A DNA stretch of 36,334 bases from an uncultured Rhodobacteraceae bacterium (GCA_947489325.1 CANLDA010000025.1:1-36334), one strand, 5' to 3'. Numbered from the stretch's first letter, positions 1-7,835 are shown. Translations and numbers: made by a program. Notes: generated from the letters alone by a model not told the origin.

Positions 1-21
1 TTGTTGGCAATTGTGGCAATT

Positions 22-225
22 TCAGTTGCCGCCGCTTGGTGTTGAGAGACACCCGGCGCAATAATGATCGACGGATCGCTTGCCCGTGTGACGTTGCAAC
101 CAATCCTCATAGGCCTCGCGGCCATCACTCCCTTTTGAGACATCACCGAAAAGCCGCTTGGCGGCGATGTGGATCATAGCCAGATCGCCATTGCGGCGTT
201 TGGGGGATGTCTTGGAATTGCTCAT
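22..225 (-). CDS. GemA-like protein (phage Mu gp16 / DUF1018-like), short 67-aa form
   Basis: Residues ~15-50 (LAMIHIAAKRLFGD...YEDWLQRHTGKRS) resemble the conserved N-terminal motif of Mu GemA/gp16-family proteins. ATG at 225. Last visible gene of the co-directional minus-strand phage-like operon. Much shorter than typical GemA (~150 aa), so possibly truncated. Confidence 0.4.
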   Translation of the reverse strand: MSNSKTSPKRRNGDLAMIHIAAKRLFGDVSKGSDGREAYEDWLQRHTGKRSVDHYCAGCLSTPSGGN

Positions 226-266
226 ATCGTGTCTCTCAAGTTCAGTGCAAAATCAGGGCTGTCGGG

Positions 267-533
267 TCATTCAAAAATAAAGTGTTCACGGGGGGGTAAC
301 GGCAACTCCTCTTGATCCAGCATGACAAAAGCCTCTCGGATATGGTCGGGAAGCGTGGCAAACGCGACCAATGGGCCGCACTCCCCCACGACAACATGCA
401 TGCGCTGGCCAAACCATTCATCGTTGACATAAGGCCCGGCACCTTGCGCGCGACCGATCATGCGGCGCACATGCTTTTCAGTCAGTCCGGCAATCTGGGC
501 GATCTGATCAGGAGAGACAAAATCCGGGGTCAT
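267..533 (-). CDS. small putative DNA-binding protein of phage early region (hypothetical)
   Basis: 88-aa ORF. N-terminal SPDQIAQIAGLTEKHVRRMI looks like a helix-turn-helix. Its ATG overlaps the stop of the upstream ORF (ATGA at 530-533), indicating translational coupling within the operon. Confidence 0.4.
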   Translation of the reverse strand: MTPDFVSPDQIAQIAGLTEKHVRRMIGRAQGAGPYVNDEWFGQRMHVVVGECGPLVAFATLPDHIREAFVMLDQEELPLPPREHFIFE

Positions 534-868
534 GTCTCAAAATCCAGATTGCCAAGCAGCGTATTGATCTCAACAACTTGTTGAAGAATGGCTTCATCTG
601 AAAGTTTGAGTTTTTTCAAATTCTTGCAGGTATTACGCAGCAAACCTCGTGCGCGAGCCACAGCACCATCCAAATCATCAAGAAGTTCATTCTTCTGGGC
701 GCATTCCGTGCAATCAATACGTGCACCCCATTCATCCACAAACTGATCATCATGCGAGAAACGGCCTGCCACATCGCTCTCAACAAATGGCTTCATCCAT
801 GTTATGCGCCCAACGACATCGCCGCATAGCTTCACCTCGCCCGTGGTCGTGATTTCAATCTCTGACAT
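530..868 (-). CDS. hypothetical protein (phage early region)
   Basis: 112-aa ORF with ATG at 868 preceded by an AAGGAAA RBS. Its stop overlaps the start of the next gene. No family recognised by eye. Confidence 0.45.
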   Translation of the reverse strand: MSEIEITTTGEVKLCGDVVGRITWMKPFVESDVAGRFSHDDQFVDEWGARIDCTECAQKNELLDDLDGAVARARGLLRNTCKNLKKLKLSDEAILQQVVEINTLLGNLDFET

Positions 869-1052
869 TGCTCATTTCCTTGTTTGAAGTCGCTGCGCCC
901 AATGCGATCTCAGGCGCAGCGAGTGGGTTAGCGCTTGAGGCCGGGGACCAGCCCGCGCGAGGCTTCTGTCAACTCACGCGCCGCGCCTTTCCCGGCCAAA
1001 CCAATGACCCATTGCAGCCGCCAATAGGCGTCGTGAATACTGCCACCCCCCG

Positions 1053-1325
1053 TCATGCGACGTGATCAGCCAGCGCTTTGGCGATCTTGACGCCAACAAC
1101 CGTTTTGGCAGGGATGTTGACCGCTTCCCCCGTCTTTGGATTGCGCCCCATACGGGCGGCGCGATCTTTTGTGACCAGCTTGGCAATGCCGGGAATGGTC
1201 ACATCATCACCGTTTCCAAGGGCCTTTGTGGTCACTTCGCCTAGGGCTTTCATGACGCTTTCAACATCGCCCTTTGATGCGCCGGATTTGTTAGAAATGG
1301 CGTTGAATAGTTCGTTCTGCTTCAT
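1053..1325 (-). CDS. hup: HU family DNA-binding protein (prophage-encoded)
   Basis: 90 aa. Classic HU/IHF signature: MNKxELxxxIA...GxxVxIxGFGxFxxxxRxARxGRNPxTGExIxIPAxxxxxFKxGKxLK pattern (GNGDDVTIPGIAKLVTKDRAARMGRNPKTGEAVNIPAKTVVGVKIAKALAD). Confidence 0.9.
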   Translation of the reverse strand: MKQNELFNAISNKSGASKGDVESVMKALGEVTTKALGNGDDVTIPGIAKLVTKDRAARMGRNPKTGEAVNIPAKTVVGVKIAKALADHVA

Positions 1326-1371
1326 AGTTCTCTCTTTTCAGGTTAGGCCGGATTGGCCGGGTGTTGCTCGG

Positions 1372-2001
1372 TCAGGCCGAGGCAAGATCAAGGGGAATTG
1401 CTTGGCGCACTCCCTTGGCGTTGGTTTCGTAAAAGCGAATGTAACTGCGGGTTCCGGTCACGCGCACGGCGTCGGATATAGCATCCATAGCTTTCAGCCA
1501 TTTCGGGTCTTTGATGTCGAGGCGGCGCAGTCCCAGCACACGGCCAGTGTCAATGTTGCGCTCTTTGTTGACCCGGAACGCGTCGTTCACCAAAACCTTG
1601 ATGTTATCGTTTGATCCCTCGGACCAATCGGCAATGCATTCATCAATCAGCTCTTTGGCGGCTTGCAGCTCCACTCCGAAATCAATTGTGTCAGATACCT
1701 GCACCTGCACCATTAACGCGCCATCATATGAGCGCATGGTCATGTTGCCCTTGGCACCACCTTTCTTGGCACCATACTTTTCAGCAACCATGGCGCGAAA
1801 CGTTTGGGCATCGCCCGTCGCAATATCCTTGAACTTGGATAACTCTGCGCTCACGGCCTTGGCCTGACTGATCAAACGACGCACTGTGTCATCTTCCAAC
1901 CTGTGCTCGGGTTTCACCTTATCGACAGGCATCAAAGCGCCTTCGGGGTTCTTCATATATCCTTCTGGAATGTGATCTTGTGGCATGCGATTTCCTTTCA
2001 T
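1372..2001 (-). CDS. DUF3164 family protein (Mu-like prophage semi-essential region protein)
   Basis: 209 aa. N-terminal IPEGYMKNPEGALMPVDKVKPEHRLEDDTV motif plus length and position (downstream of the B-like gene) match DUF3164 proteins of Mu-like phages. Its ATG abuts the stop of the upstream small ORF. Confidence 0.7.
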   Translation of the reverse strand: MKGNRMPQDHIPEGYMKNPEGALMPVDKVKPEHRLEDDTVRRLISQAKAVSAELSKFKDIATGDAQTFRAMVAEKYGAKKGGAKGNMTMRSYDGALMVQVQVSDTIDFGVELQAAKELIDECIADWSEGSNDNIKVLVNDAFRVNKERNIDTGRVLGLRRLDIKDPKWLKAMDAISDAVRVTGTRSYIRFYETNAKGVRQAIPLDLASA

Positions 2002-2202
2002 TCAGACGTTTCTTATTGGGGTGATTGGACCGTCGATCTCTGATATGGCGATGATGCATGTGGTGCCTGCGCGCGCGTCTTTTGCGCAGGCTTTCTCCCA
2101 TCGACAAATGATGTCCTCTGAGATCGCCCCGTCACAGCCAAACAGACTGCGCCCAAAGCCAGCTTCATTAGCGTAGGACACTAAAAAATAACGCATTCCC
2201 AT
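2002..2202 (-). CDS. hypothetical small protein
   Basis: The ORF-track ORF 2002..2223 starts at GTG. An in-frame ATG at 2202 overlaps the stop of the upstream MuB-like fragment (ATGA), favouring this start. 66 aa, no family recognised. Confidence 0.35.
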   Translation of the reverse strand: MGMRYFLVSYANEAGFGRSLFGCDGAISEDIICRWEKACAKDARAGTTCIIAISEIDGPITPIRNV

Positions 2203-2633
2203 CAGCTTTGCCCCGCCATCCACGCGGCTGCGGTTTCCACAACGCGCGCATCAATCTTGTCGATATTTTCGTTTTCCATCAGGCGCGCGCAGGCATCGGC
2301 CAGCGCCACGGCAAATCGCCAGTTCCCGCCCGTTTTGCGTTGAAATGCTTCTGCGCTGGATTTCGTGACTGACCCAAAGCGTGGCCCCAAAACATAAGCT
2401 GCAAGTTCGCCCGCGCCTTCGACGGGCTGCATAACAACCTTTTTGGTGCCAATACGCTGGCGGAATTGTTCCAGATACACCTTGATCTGGGGATGCGTGA
2501 ACTTCTTAGCCAACAGATCGGTGCCCGCGATCACAAGACCGCACCCGCCTATGTCAGAAATAGAACGCAGCATTTCCAGCGTGGGCCAGCGTAGATGGTT
2601 GGCCTCACCGCCATATGCGCAGCAAAGGCAGCA
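2202..2633 (-). pseudogene. MuB-like AAA+ transposition ATPase, C-terminal fragment only (Walker A missing)
   Basis: The open frame from 2633 aligns by eye to the Mu B segment EADHLgaevLEELRLLQESTRIGLVLMGNhRVYSNMT...GALRILNHSLRLAAMTAHGKGERVNEDYLRQAF. Window residues: EANHLRWPTLEMLRSISDIGGCGLVIAGTDLLAKKFT...GNWRFAVALADACARLMENENIDKIDARVVETAA. Upstream of 2633 there is an in-frame stop, and only 19 nt remain before the TraR-like gene stop, so the N-terminal two-thirds including the P-loop is absent. Confidence 0.55.
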
Positions 2634-2652
2634 TCATCATTTGTTTTGGTAT

Positions 2653-2865
2653 TCATGTTCTGCGCCCCCGCTCATTGGCCTGTTGGCATTCAAGGCACCG
2701 CACCGCAAAGGGCGCAGCCGCACGGCGTGCTGGATTAAGCACCTCACCGCAATCAACGCAGTCCTCGCGACCATCTGAGGCCACGGTTGAACACGCGCGC
2801 CGCACGGCGCTATCGCGTTCTGCGTCAACGGATCGCTCTGCATATTCAATGAAACGCTCATCCAT
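2653..2865 (-). CDS. TraR/DksA family C4-type zinc-finger protein
   Basis: C-terminal CVDCGEVLNPARRAAAPFAVRCLECQ is the CxxC-x17-CxxC TraR/DksA zinc finger. ATG at 2865 overlaps the stop of the upstream ORF (ATGA). The ORF-track start at 2874 is GTG. Confidence 0.75.
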   Translation of the reverse strand: MDERFIEYAERSVDAERDSAVRRACSTVASDGREDCVDCGEVLNPARRAAAPFAVRCLECQQANERGRRT

Positions 2866-3083
2866 CACCCGCACTCCCGCTCAAAGGCTTCGCGCATCAA
2901 GACGTTGGAAAGCTCGGCAATCTGATTTGCCGCAAACCGCAGGGCGGCAACCGCATCGGGGTCGGTGACTTTCATCAACAATGCCAATGCAAAGTGCACC
3001 TTAGCCTTATCTGAAAGGCCGCTCAGCGCCTCCTCAGCGGCGGTGCGCTGATCCACTTCCATAATCGTTGCAGCCACACTCAT
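2865..3083 (-). CDS. hypothetical protein (phage early region)
   Basis: 72-aa ORF. ATG at 3083 overlaps the stop of the Ner-like gene (ATGA), and its own stop overlaps the TraR ATG. The coupling pattern supports a real gene. Confidence 0.4.
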   Translation of the reverse strand: MSVAATIMEVDQRTAAEEALSGLSDKAKVHFALALLMKVTDPDAVAALRFAANQIAELSNVLMREAFERECG

Positions 3084-3358
3084 GCCGCCGCTCCTTGGAA
3101 TTTCGCGGCTTCCAAGATGATGCGCTTGCGATAGGACATTTCGACCACCTCGCGCCCAGCATCATTGATGATGCGCTCAAGCAAGGCTTGCCCTTTGTCA
3201 CCACCAGATTGGCCATATGTTGCAGTGCGCGCGGTGCTGGTCGGCACCCCGTTTTTATCGCACCACGCCTCAAAACTCGTGCCCGCTGATCGGAATGCCC
3301 CCACGATAACCTCGTGCAAGATCACTCCCGGCTGGAACTTTTTATTTTTTACTGGCAT
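3080..3358 (-). CDS. Ner-like (Nlp/Ner family) small DNA-binding regulator, candidate
   Basis: The ORF-track start at 3412 is TTG. An internal ATG at 3358 is preceded by GAGAGG 5 nt upstream. Weak by-eye similarity to Mu Ner (VIxxxxxxG..S...LS...G.......A...wpKGeqiIa): GVILHEVIVGAFRSAGTSFEAW...GGDKGQALLERII. First gene divergent from the repressor, as in Mu. Confidence 0.4.
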   Translation of the reverse strand: MPVKNKKFQPGVILHEVIVGAFRSAGTSFEAWCDKNGVPTSTARTATYGQSGGDKGQALLERIINDAGREVVEMSYRKRIILEAAKFQGAAA

Positions 3359-3445
3359 GTTACCTCTCGATGCTGCCTTGCGTTGTGTCGTTGCAAAGTT
3401 AATATACACCAAAATCGGTGTTTATCAATATAGGAAGCGCATATT
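3359..3445. promoter_or_regulatory. divergent promoter/operator region between repressor and early operon; 9-bp inverted repeat ATATACACC-N6-GGTGTTTAT at 3402..3425
   Basis: AT-rich 87-bp spacer between divergent starts. Near-perfect inverted repeat (1 mismatch) seen directly. Operator role is inferred from the position between a CI/LexA-like repressor and the early operon. Confidence 0.35.
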
Positions 3446-4141
3446 TTGGTATTTGCAGATCGCTTGAGAGAACTTGCAGCCGATAGTGGCTTGAATATAA
3501 AAGATTTTTGCGCAGATATTGGCGTAAGCTATCGTACTGTTCAGAACTATCTGGCGGAAAAATCCACACCAAATGGGCAATTCTTAACATTGATAAATGA
3601 AAAAACTGGTGCCTCACCGAATTGGTTGCTTTTAGGTAAAGCACCAAAATATGTGTCTTCTGAGGGTCAAGAGATGGGGGGGGAAAACCTTACCATGGCG
3701 CAAAGTCATGATGAGTTTGTGCCCTTTCACCGCCTTTCCGTTGAGGCATCAGCAGGTCACGGCTCCCTTGTGCAGGATGAGAACAGTGTTGGATATTACA
3801 GTTTCAAAAAGGATTGGCTGGAACGTCGCGGCCTAAAGCCGGGAAATTTATCTGTCATTTCTGTATCAGGCGATAGCATGGAACCTGACTTATATGATGG
3901 TGACCTAATTGTTGTGGATCAATCTCAAACAGACCTACGCGACAGCAATATCTATGCTGTGCGCTTTGACGCCGGACTATATGTCAAACGCATTCAACGC
4001 GCGCCCGGTGGTCGCGTGATGCTACTCAGCCGCAATCAGAACTATTCCGAGTTGGTTGTGGATGACAGTATGATTGATGATCTTGATAACGGATCATTCC
4101 AAATCATTGGGCGCGTGGTTGCCTCTATGCACGAATGGTAA
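3446..4141 (+). CDS. phage repressor, XRE-type HTH fused to S24 (LexA/CI-like) self-cleaving peptidase domain
   Basis: N-terminal HTH (RLRELAADSGLNIKDFCADIGVSYRTVQNYL). C-terminal S24 motifs GDSMEPDLYDGDLIVVD and YVKRI (Ser/Lys dyad). TTG start at 3446 with AGGAAG 8 nt upstream. Confidence 0.85.
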   Translation: MVFADRLRELAADSGLNIKDFCADIGVSYRTVQNYLAEKSTPNGQFLTLINEKTGASPNWLLLGKAPKYVSSEGQEMGGENLTMAQSHDEFVPFHRLSVEASAGHGSLVQDENSVGYYSFKKDWLERRGLKPGNLSVISVSGDSMEPDLYDGDLIVVDQSQTDLRDSNIYAVRFDAGLYVKRIQRAPGGRVMLLSRNQNYSELVVDDSMIDDLDNGSFQIIGRVVASMHEW

Positions 4142-4284
4142 GCAATTAGGACCGCTTTTGGAAACCAGCGGAACACAACGGCCCTATTAAAATTTATTCT
4201 GTGCATTCCTTGGCGAACAGCCAAAATTTTCCAGCATCTAGGTTTCCTATATAAATAAGGCCTTCCCTAAACGCTCCCTTTTGG

Positions 4285-4321
4285 CCATTCTAATTTAACA
4301 CGTGCTCACCATTCTAATTTA
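4285..4321. repeat. two copies of 13-bp direct repeat CCATTCTAATTTA (4285-4297 and 4309-4321) in AT-rich spacer at prophage-remnant/clpA boundary
   Basis: Seen directly. Spacing is 24 bp. Located in a 286-bp ORF-free AT-rich region between the repressor stop and the clpA terminator. Candidate element-end, transposase/integrase-arm or operator sites. Confidence 0.4.
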
Positions 4322-4371
4322 TTCCGATCCCCCCCATTGGGCCCAGAGGGGCAAAGCCCCATGATCTCTCA

Positions 4372-4408
4372 ACCCAAAACCCCCCGCCAAACAGGCAGGG
4401 GGTTTCAA
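4372..4408 (-). terminator. rho-independent terminator downstream of clpA
   Basis: On the minus strand: AAACCCCCTGCC-TGTTT-GGCGGGGGGTTTT. A 9-bp GC stem with one mismatch followed by a T-run. Lies 20 nt after the clpA stop. Confidence 0.6.
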
Positions 4409-4427
4409 ATTTTCTGGTTATCAGAGA

Positions 4428-6743
4428 TCAATCCGCTGGCAACAAAGGCGTTTTTCGACCTGTGATACGCGGCTTGTCCGGACCCGAGATTTTCAAGTCA
4501 ATCTCGCCGTCTTTTATACCAACCTTGACCACACCGCCTTTGGCTAGTTTGCCAAACAGCAATTCTTCTGCCAGTGGTTTCTTGATATACTCTTGAATGA
4601 CACGTGCCAAAGGCCGTGCACCCATCTTGTCGTCATACCCCTTATCTGCAAGCCATTCTGCGGCCTTTGGCGTCAGGTCAATCGCAACATTTCGATCCAT
4701 CAGTTGCGCCTCAAGTTGCAGTACGAATTTTTCAACCACCCGTAGAATAACTTTCTTAGGCAGCGGTGCAAAGCTGATCACCGCGTCCAGACGGTTGCGG
4801 AATTCGGGCGTAAAGGTGCGCTCAATCGCGGCGGTATCTTCGCCCTCACGACGATCCCGACCAAAGCCAATGGCCGATTTCGCCTGCTCTGTTGCCCCTG
4901 CATTTGAGGTCATGATCAGAATGACATTGCGAAAATCAACAGATCGCCCGTTGTGATCTGTCAGCGTGCCGTGATCCATCACCTGCAACAGGATATTGAA
5001 CACATCAGGGTGCGCTTTTTCGATCTCATCCAACAGCAAAACGCAATGTGGATGCTGATCAATACCATCGGTCAACAAACCACCCTGATCAAACCCGACA
5101 TAGCCCGGAGGCGCGCCAATCAGGCGGCTGACTGCGTGTTTCTCCATGTATTCGGACATGTCAAAACGCAACATCTCCACACCCAGCGTATCTGCCAGCT
5201 GTTTGGCAACTTCGGTCTTGCCAACCCCGGTTGGCCCGGCAAACAGATAGTTGCCGATGGGTTTTTCCGGTTCGCGCAGGCCAGCACGGGCCAGTTTGAT
5301 CGCGCTGGACAGGGCGACAATCGCATTATCCTGCCCAAACACCACGCGCTTGAGGCTTTTTTCAAGATCCTTAAGCACCTCTGCGTCGTCCTTAGAGACG
5401 TTTTTCGGCGGGATACGCGCGATCTTTGCAACCACGGCCTCAATCTCTTTGGTGCCGATGGTTTTGCGACGCTTGCTTTCGACCACCAGATGCTGTGCCG
5501 CGCCTGCTTCGTCAATCACGTCAATTGCCTTATCTGGCAATTTGCGGTCATTGATATAGCGCGCTGACAGCTCCACCGCGGTTTTGATCGCATCGGCGGT
5601 GTATTTCACGCCGTGATGTTCTTCAAAATACTCTTTCAGACCTTTCAGAATTTTGATGGTGTCGGGCACCGAAGGCTCGTTCACATCAATTTTCTGGAAC
5701 CGACGCGACAGGGCACGGTCCTTTTCAAAATGCTGGCGGAATTCCTTATATGTGGTCGATCCCATGGTGCGCAGTTTGCCACCCTGAAGCGCAGGCTTCA
5801 GCAAGTTAGAGGCATCCATCGCGCCGCCAGATGTCGCACCAGCCCCGATCACGGTATGAATTTCGTCGATAAACAGCACCCCATCAGGGTGGTCTTCTAA
5901 TTCGGTGACAACCGCCTTCAAGCGTTCCTCAAAATCCCCGCGATAGCGCGTGCCGGCCAAAAGCGCCCCCATATCCAGCGAAAAGATTGTGGTCTTAGAC
6001 AAGATTTCAGGGATCTCACCTTGTACGATACGATATGCCAGCCCTTCGGCAATGGCGGTTTTCCCAACACCAGGGTCCCCCACCAGCAGCGGGTTGTTTT
6101 TGCGACGACGGCAAAGCACTTGGATGCAGCGTTCCACCTCTGAGTCGCGGCCGATCAGGGGATCGACATCGCCTTTACGAGACTTGGCGTTCAGATCCAC
6201 GCAGTATTTAGACAGCGCACTTTCTTTTTTCTCCTCATCGGTGGTGATTTCAGCGTCGCCATCGTCTGATCCGGTAACAGGGCGGCTTTCGCCAAATTCC
6301 GGGTCTTTGGCCACACCGTGGGCGATATAATTCACTGCGTCATAGCGTGACATATCCTGTTCCTGCAGGAAATAAGCCGCGTTTGATTCGCGCTCAGCAA
6401 AGATCGCGACCAACACATTTGCGCCCGTAACTTCGCTGCGACCAGAGCTTTGGACATGAATGGCGGCGCGTTGGATCACGCGTTGGAACGCGGCGGTTGG
6501 TACGGCCTCGCTGCCTTCGATGTCGGTCACAAGGTTGGACAAATCATCGTCGATGAATTCCATCAAGGTGCCGCGCAGATCGTCGATATCCACGCTACAG
6601 GCGCGCATCACGCGCAGCGCGTCAGGCTCGTCCAAAAGAGCGAGCAGAAGATGTTCCAGGGTGGCAAACTCGTGGCGATGGGCGTTGGCCTTGGCCAGAG
6701 CCGCGTGGATTGCCTGTTCAAGCGTCGTTGAAAATGATGGCAC
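4428..6743 (-). CDS. clpA: ATP-dependent Clp protease ATP-binding subunit ClpA
   Basis: 771 aa. N-terminal double Clp-N repeat (HRHEFATLEHLLLALL). Two AAA+ modules (GDPGVGKT...; GPTGVGKTE...). Sensor and ClpP-loop regions present. GTG start at 6743 with GGAG 9 nt upstream. Confidence 0.95.
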   Translation of the reverse strand: MPSFSTTLEQAIHAALAKANAHRHEFATLEHLLLALLDEPDALRVMRACSVDIDDLRGTLMEFIDDDLSNLVTDIEGSEAVPTAAFQRVIQRAAIHVQSSGRSEVTGANVLVAIFAERESNAAYFLQEQDMSRYDAVNYIAHGVAKDPEFGESRPVTGSDDGDAEITTDEEKKESALSKYCVDLNAKSRKGDVDPLIGRDSEVERCIQVLCRRRKNNPLLVGDPGVGKTAIAEGLAYRIVQGEIPEILSKTTIFSLDMGALLAGTRYRGDFEERLKAVVTELEDHPDGVLFIDEIHTVIGAGATSGGAMDASNLLKPALQGGKLRTMGSTTYKEFRQHFEKDRALSRRFQKIDVNEPSVPDTIKILKGLKEYFEEHHGVKYTADAIKTAVELSARYINDRKLPDKAIDVIDEAGAAQHLVVESKRRKTIGTKEIEAVVAKIARIPPKNVSKDDAEVLKDLEKSLKRVVFGQDNAIVALSSAIKLARAGLREPEKPIGNYLFAGPTGVGKTEVAKQLADTLGVEMLRFDMSEYMEKHAVSRLIGAPPGYVGFDQGGLLTDGIDQHPHCVLLLDEIEKAHPDVFNILLQVMDHGTLTDHNGRSVDFRNVILIMTSNAGATEQAKSAIGFGRDRREGEDTAAIERTFTPEFRNRLDAVISFAPLPKKVILRVVEKFVLQLEAQLMDRNVAIDLTPKAAEWLADKGYDDKMGARPLARVIQEYIKKPLAEELLFGKLAKGGVVKVGIKDGEIDLKISGPDKPRITGRKTPLLPAD

Positions 6744-6929
6744 TGCTCGCGCTCCTTCTTTTTCCGGTTGCTGGGAAACGAGGTCCCACCAACAACCATG
6801 GCCTCATAGTCTTAAAGTTTGGTCGATCTGACGTCAGCTTCAAGGACTTTCTGCAATTTTATTCTCACATTTGGCTTCAGAGATGTGAATTGGGCGTACG
6901 TTCGTAAATCATCTGAACCGCAAGAAACG

Positions 6930-6968
6930 TGAAAAATGCCTGTTTTGGCGTTGTTTTGCGGGCATTAT
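6930..6968 (-). terminator. candidate terminator downstream of gloB
   Basis: Minus strand AATGCC...GGCATT stem followed by TTTTT. The loop is long (~20 nt). Confidence 0.4.
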
Positions 6969-7007
6969 TACACATTAAAGATTTCTTCACAAAGGATTGC
7001 ACCAAAA

Positions 7008-7775
7008 TTAAAAATTATCTTTGCGTTTGCGGACTTCGGTGAAGACATCGACTGGATTTGCGCCTGACATGCCAATGGCGGCCTGCAATGCGGGGTCTGC
7101 GCTGCGTAAAAACGGATTGGTGGCCAGCTCCAGTGCAAGCGTTGAGGGAACGGTGGGGCGGTTGTTCGCACGGGCCTCGTCAATGTCGGCGCTTCGTTGC
7201 GCCAATGCGGGGTTGTCAGGATCGACAGTGGCGGCAAAGCGCGCGTTGGATTGGGTGTATTCATGCCCGGACAAGACAAGGGTTTCCGTCGGCAGGGCAG
7301 CAAGCTTTGCAAGGCTCGCATACATCAGGGCCGGATCACCTTCGAACAGACGCCCGCAACCAAGCGCCATCAGGCTGTCGGCGGTGGCAACCGCATTGGT
7401 TTGAGGGAAATAAAAAGCCACATGCCCAAGAGTGTGCCCAGAGACATCTAGGACTTCGACAGTTTCGTCTCCGATTGTAAGGTGATCGCCTTCGCTGACG
7501 GCTTGATCAAGCGGTGGCAGGCGATGGGCATCAGCCTGTGCGCCCACTACTTTGGCGGGATGTGCTGCCAGAATATCAGCAAGCCCTTCGACGTGATCCC
7601 AATGATGATGGGTTAACAGAACGTGGCTGAGTGCCCATCCACGATCTGCCAAAGCCTGAGTGATGGGCGCGGCTTCGGGTGCGTCGACCAAGACAGTGTC
7701 GCCACTTTGTGCATCATGCAGCAAAAAAGCATAGTTGTCGGAAAGACAGGGAATTGTGACAATCTGGAAGGCCAT
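7008..7775 (-). CDS. gloB: hydroxyacylglutathione hydrolase (glyoxalase II), MBL fold
   Basis: 255 aa. Metal-binding THHHWDHVEG motif. N-terminal IPCLSDNYAFLL typical of GloB. Confidence 0.9.
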   Translation of the reverse strand: MAFQIVTIPCLSDNYAFLLHDAQSGDTVLVDAPEAAPITQALADRGWALSHVLLTHHHWDHVEGLADILAAHPAKVVGAQADAHRLPPLDQAVSEGDHLTIGDETVEVLDVSGHTLGHVAFYFPQTNAVATADSLMALGCGRLFEGDPALMYASLAKLAALPTETLVLSGHEYTQSNARFAATVDPDNPALAQRSADIDEARANNRPTVPSTLALELATNPFLRSADPALQAAIGMSGANPVDVFTEVRKRKDNF

Positions 7776-7835
7776 GAATTTTCACCTTGAGGTAAGGGGC
7801 AGGGTAATGGTTATCTTGGCCCAGAGTTGCCGATC

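Noticed and set aside
928-1056. 42-aa Gly/Ala-rich ORF whose ATG overlaps the HU stop (ATGA)
   Set aside because: The coupling is suggestive, but the ORF is very short, low-complexity and GC-rich. Kept only as a note in the operon-coupling finding.
4597-5567. ORF-track ORFs 4597..4956 (+), 4953..5567 (+), 5120..5515 (-), 5251..5559 (+) and others inside clpA
   Set aside because: They lie antisense or out of frame within a clearly conserved clpA gene. Arg/Ala-rich compositions are typical of spurious frames in high-GC DNA.
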